Virus record (IMG/VR): IMGVR_UViG_3300043451_000181
Span: 1-55,802 of that record
DNA length: 55,802 bases
Reading direction: 5' to 3' (one strand)
Source: a virus
Taxonomy: Duplodnaviria; Caudoviricetes
Below the pieces are notes generated by a model. That model was not told the origin of the DNA, searched no databases, and saw only the letters and a list, made by a program, of their open reading frames with translations. Shown one piece after another: positions 27,329 through 35,371 of this stretch (within the stretch, counting starts at the first letter, position 1; every line of letters starts with the position of its first letter). The translations under genes were made by a program, and so were the position numbers.

Positions 27329-27748
27329 ATGGACATTCAATCTCTTCATTCGGCATTCATTATGCCAACAAAGGCTTCTGATAAAGCAGGAGCGTTCGAC
27401 ATCTACATGCCTCAGGCGGGTGAAGCCAAAGGTGATAGCCAATTGGTTGGTCTCGGATTTGCCGCGGCAGTTCCCGATGGCCATGTGGCTTTATTGCTGC
27501 CCCGCTCGAGTGCCGGTGCTAAACACGGTGTCGAGTTGAACAACACATGCGGTGTCATTGACGCCGATTATCGCGGAGAATGGAAGGCAGCGATCAAAAC
27601 CAAGTCAGGAATTCCATTTTCCTGGAATGCAGGTGATCGCGTGCTGCAGTTCTTGGTGGTTCCGATCGCCAACGTGACCCTAAACCAGGTTGATTCTCTC
27701 GATGAAACGGCGCGCGGTGAAGGTGGATTTGGGTCGACCGGCAAATAA
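27329..27748 (+). CDS. dut: Trimeric dUTPase
   Basis: All five motifs present: AGAFDI, PRSS, GVIDADYRGE, Q (RVLQ), RGEGGFGSTG. Confidence 0.95.
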   Translation: MDIQSLHSAFIMPTKASDKAGAFDIYMPQAGEAKGDSQLVGLGFAAAVPDGHVALLLPRSSAGAKHGVELNNTCGVIDADYRGEWKAAIKTKSGIPFSWNAGDRVLQFLVVPIANVTLNQVDSLDETARGEGGFGSTGK

Positions 27749-27765
27749 AACCCGACGAACCAAAG

Positions 27766-27793
27766 AAAAAAGCCCCAATTACGGGGCTTTTTT
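27766..27793. terminator. Bidirectional intrinsic terminator
   Basis: AAAAAAGCCCC-AATTAC-GGGGCTTTTTT between convergent genes. Confidence 0.85.
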
Positions 27794-27815
27794 CATTTCC
27801 GGAATCAGACGTTGG

Positions 27816-27863
27816 TCAGCATTTCTTGCCGCCGCCGCCCTTTCCACCTTTACCTTTTTTCAT
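27816..27863 (-). CDS. Micro-protein MKKGKGGKGGGGKKC (15 aa)
   Basis: GAAGGA RBS 7 nt upstream of ATG; lies between the gp67-like stop and the terminator. Confidence 0.5.
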   Translation of the reverse strand: MKKGKGGKGGGGKKC

Positions 27864-27907
27864 GGGTAATCCTTCGTTGTTCAAACCTTGGAGCCCCAAG
27901 TATAGGC

Positions 27908-28651
27908 TTAAACCCAGCCGTTTCGCTCGATTCGGTTGTACTGCGCGCCCTTGTCGATCTGCAGGTTCTGGTTTTCCAGGGCCTGGCAAGCCATTTCGTA
28001 GCGCTGGAAGTAGAGGTTGCCCGTGTTGTCCTCGCCACCCAAGCCGGCAGGGGTGTGCACACGTGAAGCCACGAAGAAAAGCAAGGGCTCCAAATGGGTG
28101 TCCGGCAGCTCCAGCTCGTACATGTCAGGCTCGATATCGTTGTCTTCGACAATGATCTTTGGGTGCGCCGCGCGAAAGACGACTTCCAACGTGTCGGTCT
28201 TGAGTTCCTCGAGCAAGGTGTCCTTCTTGGCCACGATGTCAGCCGGCACTGTGAGAACACGCTGGGTGGGGGTGTTCATCGAGTAGATGTCCACCGCGTT
28301 GTTCACCGAGAACTCGAAGCCAGACTCAGCAAACACGTGCTCCACCTTCATCAGGTTGTCCTTGTAGGGCATGGCCGTGTCATCGATGTACTTCAGAGGC
28401 TGGCGAGAGCGGGTGTTGGACTGGCAGTACTGGCTGCTCAGCTGGTAAGTGGTCAGGCCTTGCTGCAGCTCAATGACAAAGCGACCTTCCTTCAGGTTGA
28501 AGCGCTGGTAGATCGCAGCCAGACCCAGGTTGATGTGGGCAACGACCTTGCCATAGTCGGCTTGTCGGATCTCGCCCATCGTGCCGCCGCCGATGGAGAT
28601 TTGAGAGAGCTCGCCTACGGTGAGCTGGGTGAAGACTTCTTGCAGTTTCAT
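27908..28651 (-). CDS. Head-tail adaptor-like virion protein (N4 gp67-like)
   Basis: QLTVGELSQ, INLGLAAIYQRF and C-terminal RNGWV; directly downstream of terminase. Confidence 0.75.
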   Translation of the reverse strand: MKLQEVFTQLTVGELSQISIGGGTMGEIRQADYGKVVAHINLGLAAIYQRFNLKEGRFVIELQQGLTTYQLSSQYCQSNTRSRQPLKYIDDTAMPYKDNLMKVEHVFAESGFEFSVNNAVDIYSMNTPTQRVLTVPADIVAKKDTLLEELKTDTLEVVFRAAHPKIIVEDNDIEPDMYELELPDTHLEPLLFFVASRVHTPAGLGGEDNTGNLYFQRYEMACQALENQNLQIDKGAQYNRIERNGWV

Positions 28652-28660
28652 GGGTATTCC

Positions 28661-30274
28661 TTACACGATGTATGAGGACCGGCGGTCTTCGGGTTCGTCG
28701 TCAACGTCGAGCTCCCACATGCCGTCGGCTGTCTTGCCGGATTTCATCGGGGCCTCTTCCGATGGTCTCCAGGGAGTCAGTGACGAGAGCATCGAGATCG
28801 TGTCGATGAAGTCATCGTGCTTGCTGCGGAAACCAGAAACAGAAACCAGGCTCAATTCATTGATGGCTTCTGCAATTGTAGGCTCGGTCTTCTTCTCTAC
28901 CGGGAAAAAGACTTTGCGTGCTTTGAACAGAGGAACCACGGTATTAAACCGAACGAGCTTGTTGGTGTTGGGTCGGATTCCGGGCTTGGTGTCGTTACCT
29001 TCCGAAGCAAGAGGGAAGTAAACATTCCGGTCAAGCATTTGCCCCTGGATCCATTGGATGAACCCGCCCTGTTGACCAGTAACCTCAATGCCCACAGATT
29101 GTGGACGGTAGATCTGCGCGAGACGGAATAGGTCATTGACGTTGGCATCCATGAGTTGACGTTTGCACACCCCGTCCACCCACAACCAGTCGCCCACATT
29201 GTTGTAGGCCCACACACTGATCACAGAGAAGTCGGACTTGTCCTTGATCGACGTTGCAAAGTCGGTCGTGATGTAGAAGTTGAAGCGGCTCTTATTGCGC
29301 AGCACAGAGTCGATGTTGTACCAGCAGATGTCTGAGTCTTGGATCATTCGATCCTCTTCACTCATGATTCGCAGCATCAATTCCTGGTTGAACGTATCGA
29401 CCTTGCCCAGCTTCACGGCGTTGTCGTACTGCTGCTTCACGTACTGGTAGGTAAAGCGATCAGGCCATGAGCCACGGAACTCTTGCTCGGTACAAGGAAA
29501 CTGCTCGCACACTGGAAACACGTTCACCGCCCAAGCACCAGACTCAACAGCCTTGTACAACGGATCCTTCGCATTGAAGGGGGTACCAGACCAGACGATC
29601 ATGTTCTTGGTTGGGTGAAGCGCGTAGTCCACCGCTTTGTAGACGGTGTCCTCCACAGCAGCAATCACAGTGGCCGAACGCGCGTCCTCGTCTGAGATCA
29701 AGTCATCGAGCACAGCCAGTTGCGGACGTTTACCCAGTTCCTTCGCACCGCGCACACCGGTCTTCGCGCCGTAGCCCTTGACGATGAACACCTTGCCGTC
29801 GGCATTCTGGAATTCCCAGCGGATGTCCGTGAAACGGATATTGGGGACGTACTGCTTCAGAAAGTCGGAGTTTTCCCAGCGGAACTCCAAGTTCTTGCGC
29901 ATGTTCTTCACACCGTTCTCGATCGAGTCCGACACGTAGAGAGCCAGGTCGATCCGGCCGAACCCGGGCAGCTCGCCGTAGGTGGCCACGTACAGGAACA
30001 GGTATTCCCCCATCACGGTGGTTTTCGCAATACCGCGGTGACAGAGGTTGATGATTCGCCGGCCCCCATAGGTGATGGTGTCCAGCATCCGGTAGTGAAC
30101 CAACGGGGTCTTGTTCTCTTCACCCTGCGCGCCGTTCACCAGCTTGATGAAGGTGACGAACTCGAGTGCAAAGTCACTCGGCACATAGCTCGGGTCGACC
30201 GAGTAGTCGGTCTCGTTCAGGTATTGCTCGACTGTCCATGGGGCCAGTGCTTCAGCTACGGGATCAGTCATCAA
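28661..30274 (-). CDS. terL: Terminase large subunit (N4 gp68-like)
   Basis: CHRGIAKTT Walker A variant, AVLDD Walker B, SGTP, and nuclease motifs YITTDFA and KHDDFID. Confidence 0.95.
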   Translation of the reverse strand: MMTDPVAEALAPWTVEQYLNETDYSVDPSYVPSDFALEFVTFIKLVNGAQGEENKTPLVHYRMLDTITYGGRRIINLCHRGIAKTTVMGEYLFLYVATYGELPGFGRIDLALYVSDSIENGVKNMRKNLEFRWENSDFLKQYVPNIRFTDIRWEFQNADGKVFIVKGYGAKTGVRGAKELGKRPQLAVLDDLISDEDARSATVIAAVEDTVYKAVDYALHPTKNMIVWSGTPFNAKDPLYKAVESGAWAVNVFPVCEQFPCTEQEFRGSWPDRFTYQYVKQQYDNAVKLGKVDTFNQELMLRIMSEEDRMIQDSDICWYNIDSVLRNKSRFNFYITTDFATSIKDKSDFSVISVWAYNNVGDWLWVDGVCKRQLMDANVNDLFRLAQIYRPQSVGIEVTGQQGGFIQWIQGQMLDRNVYFPLASEGNDTKPGIRPNTNKLVRFNTVVPLFKARKVFFPVEKKTEPTIAEAINELSLVSVSGFRSKHDDFIDTISMLSSLTPWRPSEEAPMKSGKTADGMWELDVDDEPEDRRSSYIV

Positions 30275-30467
30275 ACCTCCTGCGGTACATCTTTTCTACT
30301 TGGGCCACGGGCCCACGCTCAGCCATCCAGAAGATGGTGAAGATCGAAGGCGCCATAACTAGCCCCACAACCCAGCCCAACACCGGACTCACCAACGTGG
30401 CGAACAAAGCACCCCACCCTGCTGCCGACACCAAGGCAACGAACGCACATTGAGCAAAGAGCTTCAT
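30264..30467 (-). CDS. Small membrane protein
   Basis: 67 aa with two hydrophobic helices; overlaps both neighbours. Confidence 0.55.
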   Translation of the reverse strand: MKLFAQCAFVALVSAAGWGALFATLVSPVLGWVVGLVMAPSIFTIFWMAERGPVAQVEKMYRRRFDD

Positions 30468-31168
30468 TCAACTTCTTTCGCTTCAACGTCCACCACCTCA
30501 GCGGGAATCACGCGGCTATGGGCCACATCCTGTGCGGTCACCTGCCCAGCTTCCATGGCCAAGCGCTGCGCGCGGGCCAGCTCCAACGTAGCCTGCCTCA
30601 ACGCACCAATCGACCCATCCTCTTTCACTTTCACATCCAGCTCGACCTTCTGGGTCTCGGGCATTTTGAGGTGGGTCAGCAGTGAATTGGCCGCATCGCT
30701 TCGCACCTTCTCACTCTTCGCAGCCACCATCAGCTCGGCCTGCACATTCAAGGCCTTCTGGTACAGGTCCTGGTTCAGGACGTAGCTCGGGATGAGCGTC
30801 TGCTCGAAGATCAGGTTCACCAGCTTGCTCTTGTTGTAGGCAGTGACGTAGCTCGCAATATCCTTGGCCGTCACACCCTGAGCAGCAAACCTCGTGATCT
30901 TGTCGGGGAAGGTCTTGGAATAAGCCTCGATGTTCGTGGCCCCCATCAGCTTGTGGCTCACGTACTTCACGGCATTCACATATTCCTGCACCTTGAACCG
31001 GCCATCAGCCATGACCTTGGTGTAGGACAAGAGGTTATCCCGATAGCTTTCATACATTTCGGGATCTGCAAGAGTCGTATTGATCTGGTCAATCAACTCC
31101 TGGTTGATGCTCTTCTTCACCTTATCGGGAAGAGCCATCTTGAACTGGTCTACAGTCAAAGCACTCAT
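30464..31168 (-). CDS. N4 gp69-like protein (putative terminase small subunit)
   Basis: YVNAVKYVSHKLMG and SEKVRSDAANSLLTHLK motifs; upstream of terL. Confidence 0.75.
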   Translation of the reverse strand: MSALTVDQFKMALPDKVKKSINQELIDQINTTLADPEMYESYRDNLLSYTKVMADGRFKVQEYVNAVKYVSHKLMGATNIEAYSKTFPDKITRFAAQGVTAKDIASYVTAYNKSKLVNLIFEQTLIPSYVLNQDLYQKALNVQAELMVAAKSEKVRSDAANSLLTHLKMPETQKVELDVKVKEDGSIGALRQATLELARAQRLAMEAGQVTAQDVAHSRVIPAEVVDVEAKEVE

Positions 31169-31484
31169 TGGGTTTCCTATAAAACAACCTTATAGGGTGC
31201 ATATAGTAAACCAAAAGAAAAATAGCCTAAAGACCGTATAACCTAAGTACTACATATAAGACCCATTAAAAATATAAAAGGGAGTGGGGGTGAACGGCGG
31301 GGGGACCCGCAGTTTATCGAGAAACCAATCCCCTCGACTTTGGTCGGGAATATCGCTGCTTAATTTTTAGGCACGGGTTTTTGGGAAATTTGCAAAATGG
31401 GTATGGATGTAGGACTGAGTGGTCTAACACACTCAACTCAACCACCCCCCCCCCCTGTAGCTGCGCTACCTCGCTCCTACTTTC

Positions 31485-31503
31485 GCACTCCGTGCATCGG
31501 TGG
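31485..31503 (+). promoter_or_regulatory. vRNAP hairpin promoter P1
   Basis: GCAC-TCC-GTGC-ATCGG-TGG; template strand forms a stem with a GGA triloop, as in N4 early promoters. Confidence 0.75.
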
Positions 31504-31538
31504 GCAATCTCGCCCTATCCATCCTAGGAGTACTCAAC

Positions 31539-31739
31539 ATGTTCGGAGCAATCATCAACGTCATCGTCTCTCTCTGCGCTGCCGCATCCAAGTATGCAAA
31601 AGCACTGGAAGCCTCTGGCGACATGGTCAATCGCGTCGTCACCGTAGCGGACAAGCACGTCCAAAACTGGGAACTCGAGCAAGACCAAAAGATCCAAGCT
31701 GCCAAAGCTCTCGTCCTCGAGAACAAGAAGCCCAAGTGA
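31539..31739 (+). CDS. Early hypothetical protein
   Basis: AGGAG RBS before ATG 31539; followed by an ACCCTC-TTCG-GAGGGT hairpin. Confidence 0.65.
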   Translation: MFGAIINVIVSLCAAASKYAKALEASGDMVNRVVTVADKHVQNWELEQDQKIQAAKALVLENKKPK

Positions 31740-31830
31740 TAACCCTTACCCTCTTCGGAGGGTTTGGGACCTCACACATTACACATTCAAGATAGTCAGT
31801 TCTTAGATAGAACGACTAGCTCAACTGAGT

Positions 31831-31850
31831 TGGGCTCCGCCCATCTGTGG
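31831..31850 (+). promoter_or_regulatory. vRNAP hairpin promoter P2
   Basis: TGGGC-TCC-GCCCA-TCTG-TGG. Confidence 0.8.
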
Positions 31851-32000
31851 ATACCGATACCTGTCAACTGCAGGTTTGGTGAGGAAAGACTGAGCGAAGT
31901 CTCATTCCATTAAAAATCCCCAAGTAAGTGACCACTCACTAACTTAATTCCCATTCCGATATCTACCCGATATCTCAACTCAATTCAAAGGAGAACTCTC

Positions 32001-32222
32001 ATGTTCGATCGCAAAACTATCTCTCGTCTGTTCTACATCCATCGAGAACTCGGCCTTGCTGTGTTCATGATGGTCTCTGCCTGCATAGAGCTCGTTGCGA
32101 GCCTCTTCGTAGATCAACCATGGCAATACCTTGCCTACGCCTTTGCGGCTGCTCTAGCCCTCATTGCTGCCCTTCTGGTGCGCAATGTCATCCGCTTCGA
32201 ACAGAAGTGGGGTGGCAAATGA
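32001..32222 (+). CDS. Early membrane protein
   Basis: AAGGAG RBS; two hydrophobic helices. Confidence 0.65.
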   Translation: MFDRKTISRLFYIHRELGLAVFMMVSACIELVASLFVDQPWQYLAYAFAAALALIAALLVRNVIRFEQKWGGK

Positions 32223-32404
32223 GTGCCGCTCAATGCTCAGCCCAAACCAAGGCTGATATCTATTCAGCCTGGTGCCAAGCTATGCCGCCACTACAGGTGG
32301 CCAAGGCTCTGGGCCGCGTGCCCATGACCGTCATCAGCGAGTACGTCCGACTGGACGATGAAGCTCGCTATACCCAACAACCTGACCAAGGGAAAACCCT
32401 ATGA
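32219..32404 (+). CDS. Small HTH-like early protein
   Basis: ATGA-coupled; PLQVAKALGRVPMTVISEY resembles an HTH. Confidence 0.5.
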   Translation: MSAAQCSAQTKADIYSAWCQAMPPLQVAKALGRVPMTVISEYVRLDDEARYTQQPDQGKTL

Positions 32405-32490
32405 AACAACGACTTATCAACCTCGGCTACATCGTCCTCAACACCATCCTCTGGGGTGGTATCGGGGCAATGCTGGCATGGCGAGGGTAA
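32401..32490 (+). CDS. 29-aa membrane peptide MKQRLINLGYIVLNTILWGGIGAMLAWRG
   Basis: ATGA overlap with the previous gene; AAGGGA RBS; below the ORF-track cutoff. Confidence 0.55.
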   Translation: MKQRLINLGYIVLNTILWGGIGAMLAWRG

Positions 32491-32603
32491 TCAGCAGCCA
32501 TCCTTTGATCTAGCTCAAACCTTACAGCTTAATTACATCTGACCTGATGCCACCTGTAGGTACATTCCAGCCGGCTGAATGGCATCACCTCTCAACACCT
32601 TTT

Positions 32604-32622
32604 GGGCTCCGCCCTTTGGTGG
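32604..32622 (+). promoter_or_regulatory. vRNAP hairpin promoter P3
   Basis: GGGC-TCC-GCCC-TTTGG-TGG upstream of the Drc/gp2-like gene. Confidence 0.8.
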
Positions 32623-32663
32623 CAAATCCTGCCGAATCTCTTTAACTCTCTTGGAGCACTCTC

Positions 32664-32936
32664 ATGTCATTCAATCAATCCAACGCTCAGCGTAACGACC
32701 AAGCCAACAACGACAGCTGGAAAGCTCAGGGCTTCCTGAACTTCTATCTGCCTGCCAAAAACGGCCAGCGCAAGAAGCTCGGTGCTATTCCGCTCAAGGA
32801 ATCCAAGCACAGCGAGAAAGCACTGTTGCAGTGGCTGAACGAAGATCCTTCTCGCGTAGCCATGATCCTCAGCAAGCTCGAGGTGGAATACCAATCCGCC
32901 ACTCCTGCTGATGCGAGCGGCTTCGACCTCAACTAA
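32664..32936 (+). CDS. ssDNA-binding RNAP II cofactor (N4 gp2 / LUZ7 Drc-like)
   Basis: AQGFLNFYLPAKNGQRKKLG resembles the Drc AYLNFHFP...DG...RL motif as I recall it; acidic DL tail; just upstream of RNAP II subunit 1. Confidence 0.65.
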   Translation: MSFNQSNAQRNDQANNDSWKAQGFLNFYLPAKNGQRKKLGAIPLKESKHSEKALLQWLNEDPSRVAMILSKLEVEYQSATPADASGFDLN

Positions 32937-32952
32937 ACGGGTTCCTCGCCCA

Positions 32953-32988
32953 GACCATCATCCCGTAAGGGGTGGTGGTCATTTTTTT
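32953..32988 (+). terminator. Intrinsic terminator
   Basis: GACCATCATCCC-GTAA-GGGGTGGTGGTC-ATTTTTTT. Confidence 0.8.
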
Positions 32989-33027
32989 GTCCAGTGCACT
33001 GCAGAAAAGACAGTCCATCTTTAGTTT

Positions 33028-33046
33028 GGACTCCGTCCGTGGCTGG
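33028..33046 (+). promoter_or_regulatory. vRNAP hairpin promoter P4
   Basis: GGAC-TCC-GTCC-GTGGC-TGG upstream of RNAP II subunit 1. Confidence 0.75.
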
Positions 33047-33077
33047 CGCTTTTGCCAGATCCATAGACGAGGAACCC

Positions 33078-33983
33078 ATGGAACCAATCAAACAAGTCAT
33101 CTTGCAAGAGATGAATGAGGAGCGGTACAACCGCAAGCACATCGATGCCAAGATCAAAGACTTCATCACCAATGACACCGAGACTTCTAACAAGGTCTTC
33201 ATGGGTGTCATGCTGGTGGAGAAGTACATGGCTGGCCAGTACTACGAATCCAAGATGAAGAGGATTGCTCAGCTTCAGCAGCTGGACATCCCAGACCTGG
33301 TGCTCGAGATATTCATTGGCGTGGCCTACTGCATGCGAGATGAGTTGTTTACCTCTGCCTCGGCAAAGATTGCAGCTCGGCTCAAGTTCAGTGACAAGGT
33401 AGAAGCCATCGCCACAGTAGCGGAACTACTTGCAGTGCTCTGTCAAACCGATGCCTTCGACATCGACAAGGCAGACAAGATGGCAAGCCTGACCATTGTG
33501 TCCCGTATGAAACTGCCAGCCAATCTGGTGGACTTCATCGAGAACAGTGAGTACCTGCCACCCATGGTGTGCAAGCCGCTGAAGTTGACCCACAACTACA
33601 GCAGCGGATACCTGACCCACAACGATTCGTTGATCCTGGGCACTGGTAATCACCATGATGGTGACATCTGTCTCGATGTCCTCAACACCATGAATGGTGT
33701 GGCCTTGAAACTCGACACCGAGTTCCTGTCCACCGTGGAAGAGGAGCCAACCTTCGAGCTGGATAGCCAGGAGAAGGAAGACCTGTGGCGTGACTTCAAG
33801 ACTCAGAGCTACAAGTTCTACAGTCTGATGGTCCAGTGTGGGAACAAGTTCTACCTTAATCACAAGGTGGACAAACGAGGCAGGATCTACTGCTCCGGTT
33901 ACCACATTACTACTCAGGGCACTGCGTTCAAGAAAGCCTCGATTGAGCTCGCTCATGAAGAGATCGTGACCGGTACTCCATGA
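33078..33983 (+). CDS. RNA polymerase II subunit 1 (N4 gp15-like)
   Basis: YLPPMVCKP and HKVDKRGRIYCSGYHITTQG (DxRGR motif); GAGGA RBS before ATG 33078. Confidence 0.92.
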   Translation: MEPIKQVILQEMNEERYNRKHIDAKIKDFITNDTETSNKVFMGVMLVEKYMAGQYYESKMKRIAQLQQLDIPDLVLEIFIGVAYCMRDELFTSASAKIAARLKFSDKVEAIATVAELLAVLCQTDAFDIDKADKMASLTIVSRMKLPANLVDFIENSEYLPPMVCKPLKLTHNYSSGYLTHNDSLILGTGNHHDGDICLDVLNTMNGVALKLDTEFLSTVEEEPTFELDSQEKEDLWRDFKTQSYKFYSLMVQCGNKFYLNHKVDKRGRIYCSGYHITTQGTAFKKASIELAHEEIVTGTP

Positions 33984-34240
33984 CCTTCGCGACCTACTTC
34001 TGGAGAAACGACAAGGTTGAGATCCTTGACCGTCTCATCTTTGTCGAAGAACTCAACCAGAGCTCCATGCTGAAGTACCTGTATTGCCCTGCCGTCCTTT
34101 TACGAGGTCCAGGCAAGCAGACGTGGTGTGGGTACTTCGCTGAAGGGGAGAACTTCAAAAAGTATTGGGAAGCCACCTGGGCATTCCAGTTACCTGATGA
34201 GTTCAGGCTCTCACTGCTGATCATGGGGGTAACCCTATGA
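33980..34240 (+). CDS. Small paralog 1 of tandem family
   Basis: N-terminal YFWRND; C-terminal LPDEFRLSLLIMGV. Confidence 0.7.
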   Translation: MTFATYFWRNDKVEILDRLIFVEELNQSSMLKYLYCPAVLLRGPGKQTWCGYFAEGENFKKYWEATWAFQLPDEFRLSLLIMGVTL

Positions 34241-34449
34241 GCTACTACGTATGGGACGGTAAAGCCGTCACCGTCATGGAGTTCTACTCAGATGTGGAAC
34301 GCCGCCACAACACCTGGGTCTATGACCCAGCTGAAGCACCTCAAGAAAGGTTTGGGCTCATGATCCGCCGTCGCTGGAATCAGATGATGCCGGAGGATGT
34401 CCCACCTGAATTCAAAGCTTATCTTCTACTTCTCGGAGTTTCCACATGA
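34237..34449 (+). CDS. Small paralog 2 of tandem family
   Basis: YYVWDG; DVPPEFKAYLLLLGV. Confidence 0.7.
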   Translation: MSYYVWDGKAVTVMEFYSDVERRHNTWVYDPAEAPQERFGLMIRRRWNQMMPEDVPPEFKAYLLLLGVST

Positions 34450-34655
34450 AAGACTTTTACGTATGGGCAGGCGGTCGCTTGCTCGAGTTCGACCACTGGC
34501 ATGAAGTACGCAAATTCAAGCGTTGCTGCCTGTTCAAGCCCAAAGCCATGGACCAATGGCGAATGGTGCGCAAGCACAAATGGCACGCATCCCAGAAGGC
34601 TTTGATGCCCAAGGAATTCATCCTGGCCCTGCTCATTGCAGGTGTGCAGACATGA
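34446..34655 (+). CDS. Small paralog 3 of tandem family
   Basis: FYVWAGG; LMPKEFILALLIAGV. Confidence 0.7.
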   Translation: MKDFYVWAGGRLLEFDHWHEVRKFKRCCLFKPKAMDQWRMVRKHKWHASQKALMPKEFILALLIAGVQT

Positions 34656-34876
34656 AGCAACGCTATTACCTGTACCGCATGGGTACTCTGGTCATGCTCG
34701 ATGACATCACACTCGATGATGCCAAGACATATCAGGGTTACTACGTACTTGATCTAGGCCCTGACCTGCAGTCTCCCACCCATGGGATGCTGCTAGGCGG
34801 ACGGATCAGAGAACTGTCTGCCGACAAGTTCCCTACCGACTTCAGAGCCAAGCTACTGGTGTTGGATGTCCCATGA
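34652..34876 (+). CDS. Small paralog 4 of tandem family
   Basis: ATG 34652 (ATGA overlap); YYLYRMG; KFPTDFRAKLLVLDV. Confidence 0.7.
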   Translation: MKQRYYLYRMGTLVMLDDITLDDAKTYQGYYVLDLGPDLQSPTHGMLLGGRIRELSADKFPTDFRAKLLVLDVP

Positions 34877-35127
34877 TCATTGGAATTGCACGCCTCTACT
34901 ACGCGGGCCAACTCGTGATGTACATGCACTGCAGACAAAACGAAACCATCCGCTTTTCAGGTATCCCACCTGAAATCTACGACGGTGGGTACATCAAGTA
35001 TCCGCCCGGTCACAAGTTCTTCCCCACTCAGTGGAGCAGATGTGACTCGACACCAGTACTACTGGAAGACGTCCCCAAAGAACTTCTAGTGCTAGAACTT
35101 CTCAATCCACCTCAGGAGATCACATGA
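34873..35127 (+). CDS. Small paralog 5 of tandem family
   Basis: LYYAGQL; EDVPKELLVLELLNPP. Confidence 0.65.
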   Translation: MIIGIARLYYAGQLVMYMHCRQNETIRFSGIPPEIYDGGYIKYPPGHKFFPTQWSRCDSTPVLLEDVPKELLVLELLNPPQEIT

Positions 35128-35357
35128 AAGACCGTGTTCTTACCTTTGTCGATGGGAAGTTCTACAAAGACTTCCCTTCCGCAGCGGGCATCACTGCAAA
35201 ACTGCGCGAACAGATACCTGTCGGCACCTACATCTACCTTCCTGACGGGGGGCACTGGAGGGCGCATTGGTATCTCTTCAAGTGGAACAGTTTCACCCCA
35301 ATCAACCTGTCTGATGTCCCAAAGGAGATCAAGGCAGCACTTCTCATCCTCATCTAA
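35124..35357 (+). CDS. Small paralog 6 of tandem family
   Basis: TFVDGKF; SDVPKEIKAALLILI. Confidence 0.7.
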   Translation: MKDRVLTFVDGKFYKDFPSAAGITAKLREQIPVGTYIYLPDGGHWRAHWYLFKWNSFTPINLSDVPKEIKAALLILI

Positions 35358-35371
35358 CCAAGGAACCCATC

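Noticed and set aside
6608-30340. Many long + strand ORFs opposite the late genes (e.g. 8057..9145, 11528..12874, 22220..23557, 25914..27044)
   Set aside because: Antisense shadows caused by the codon bias of the real minus-strand genes; no RBS or recognisable motifs.
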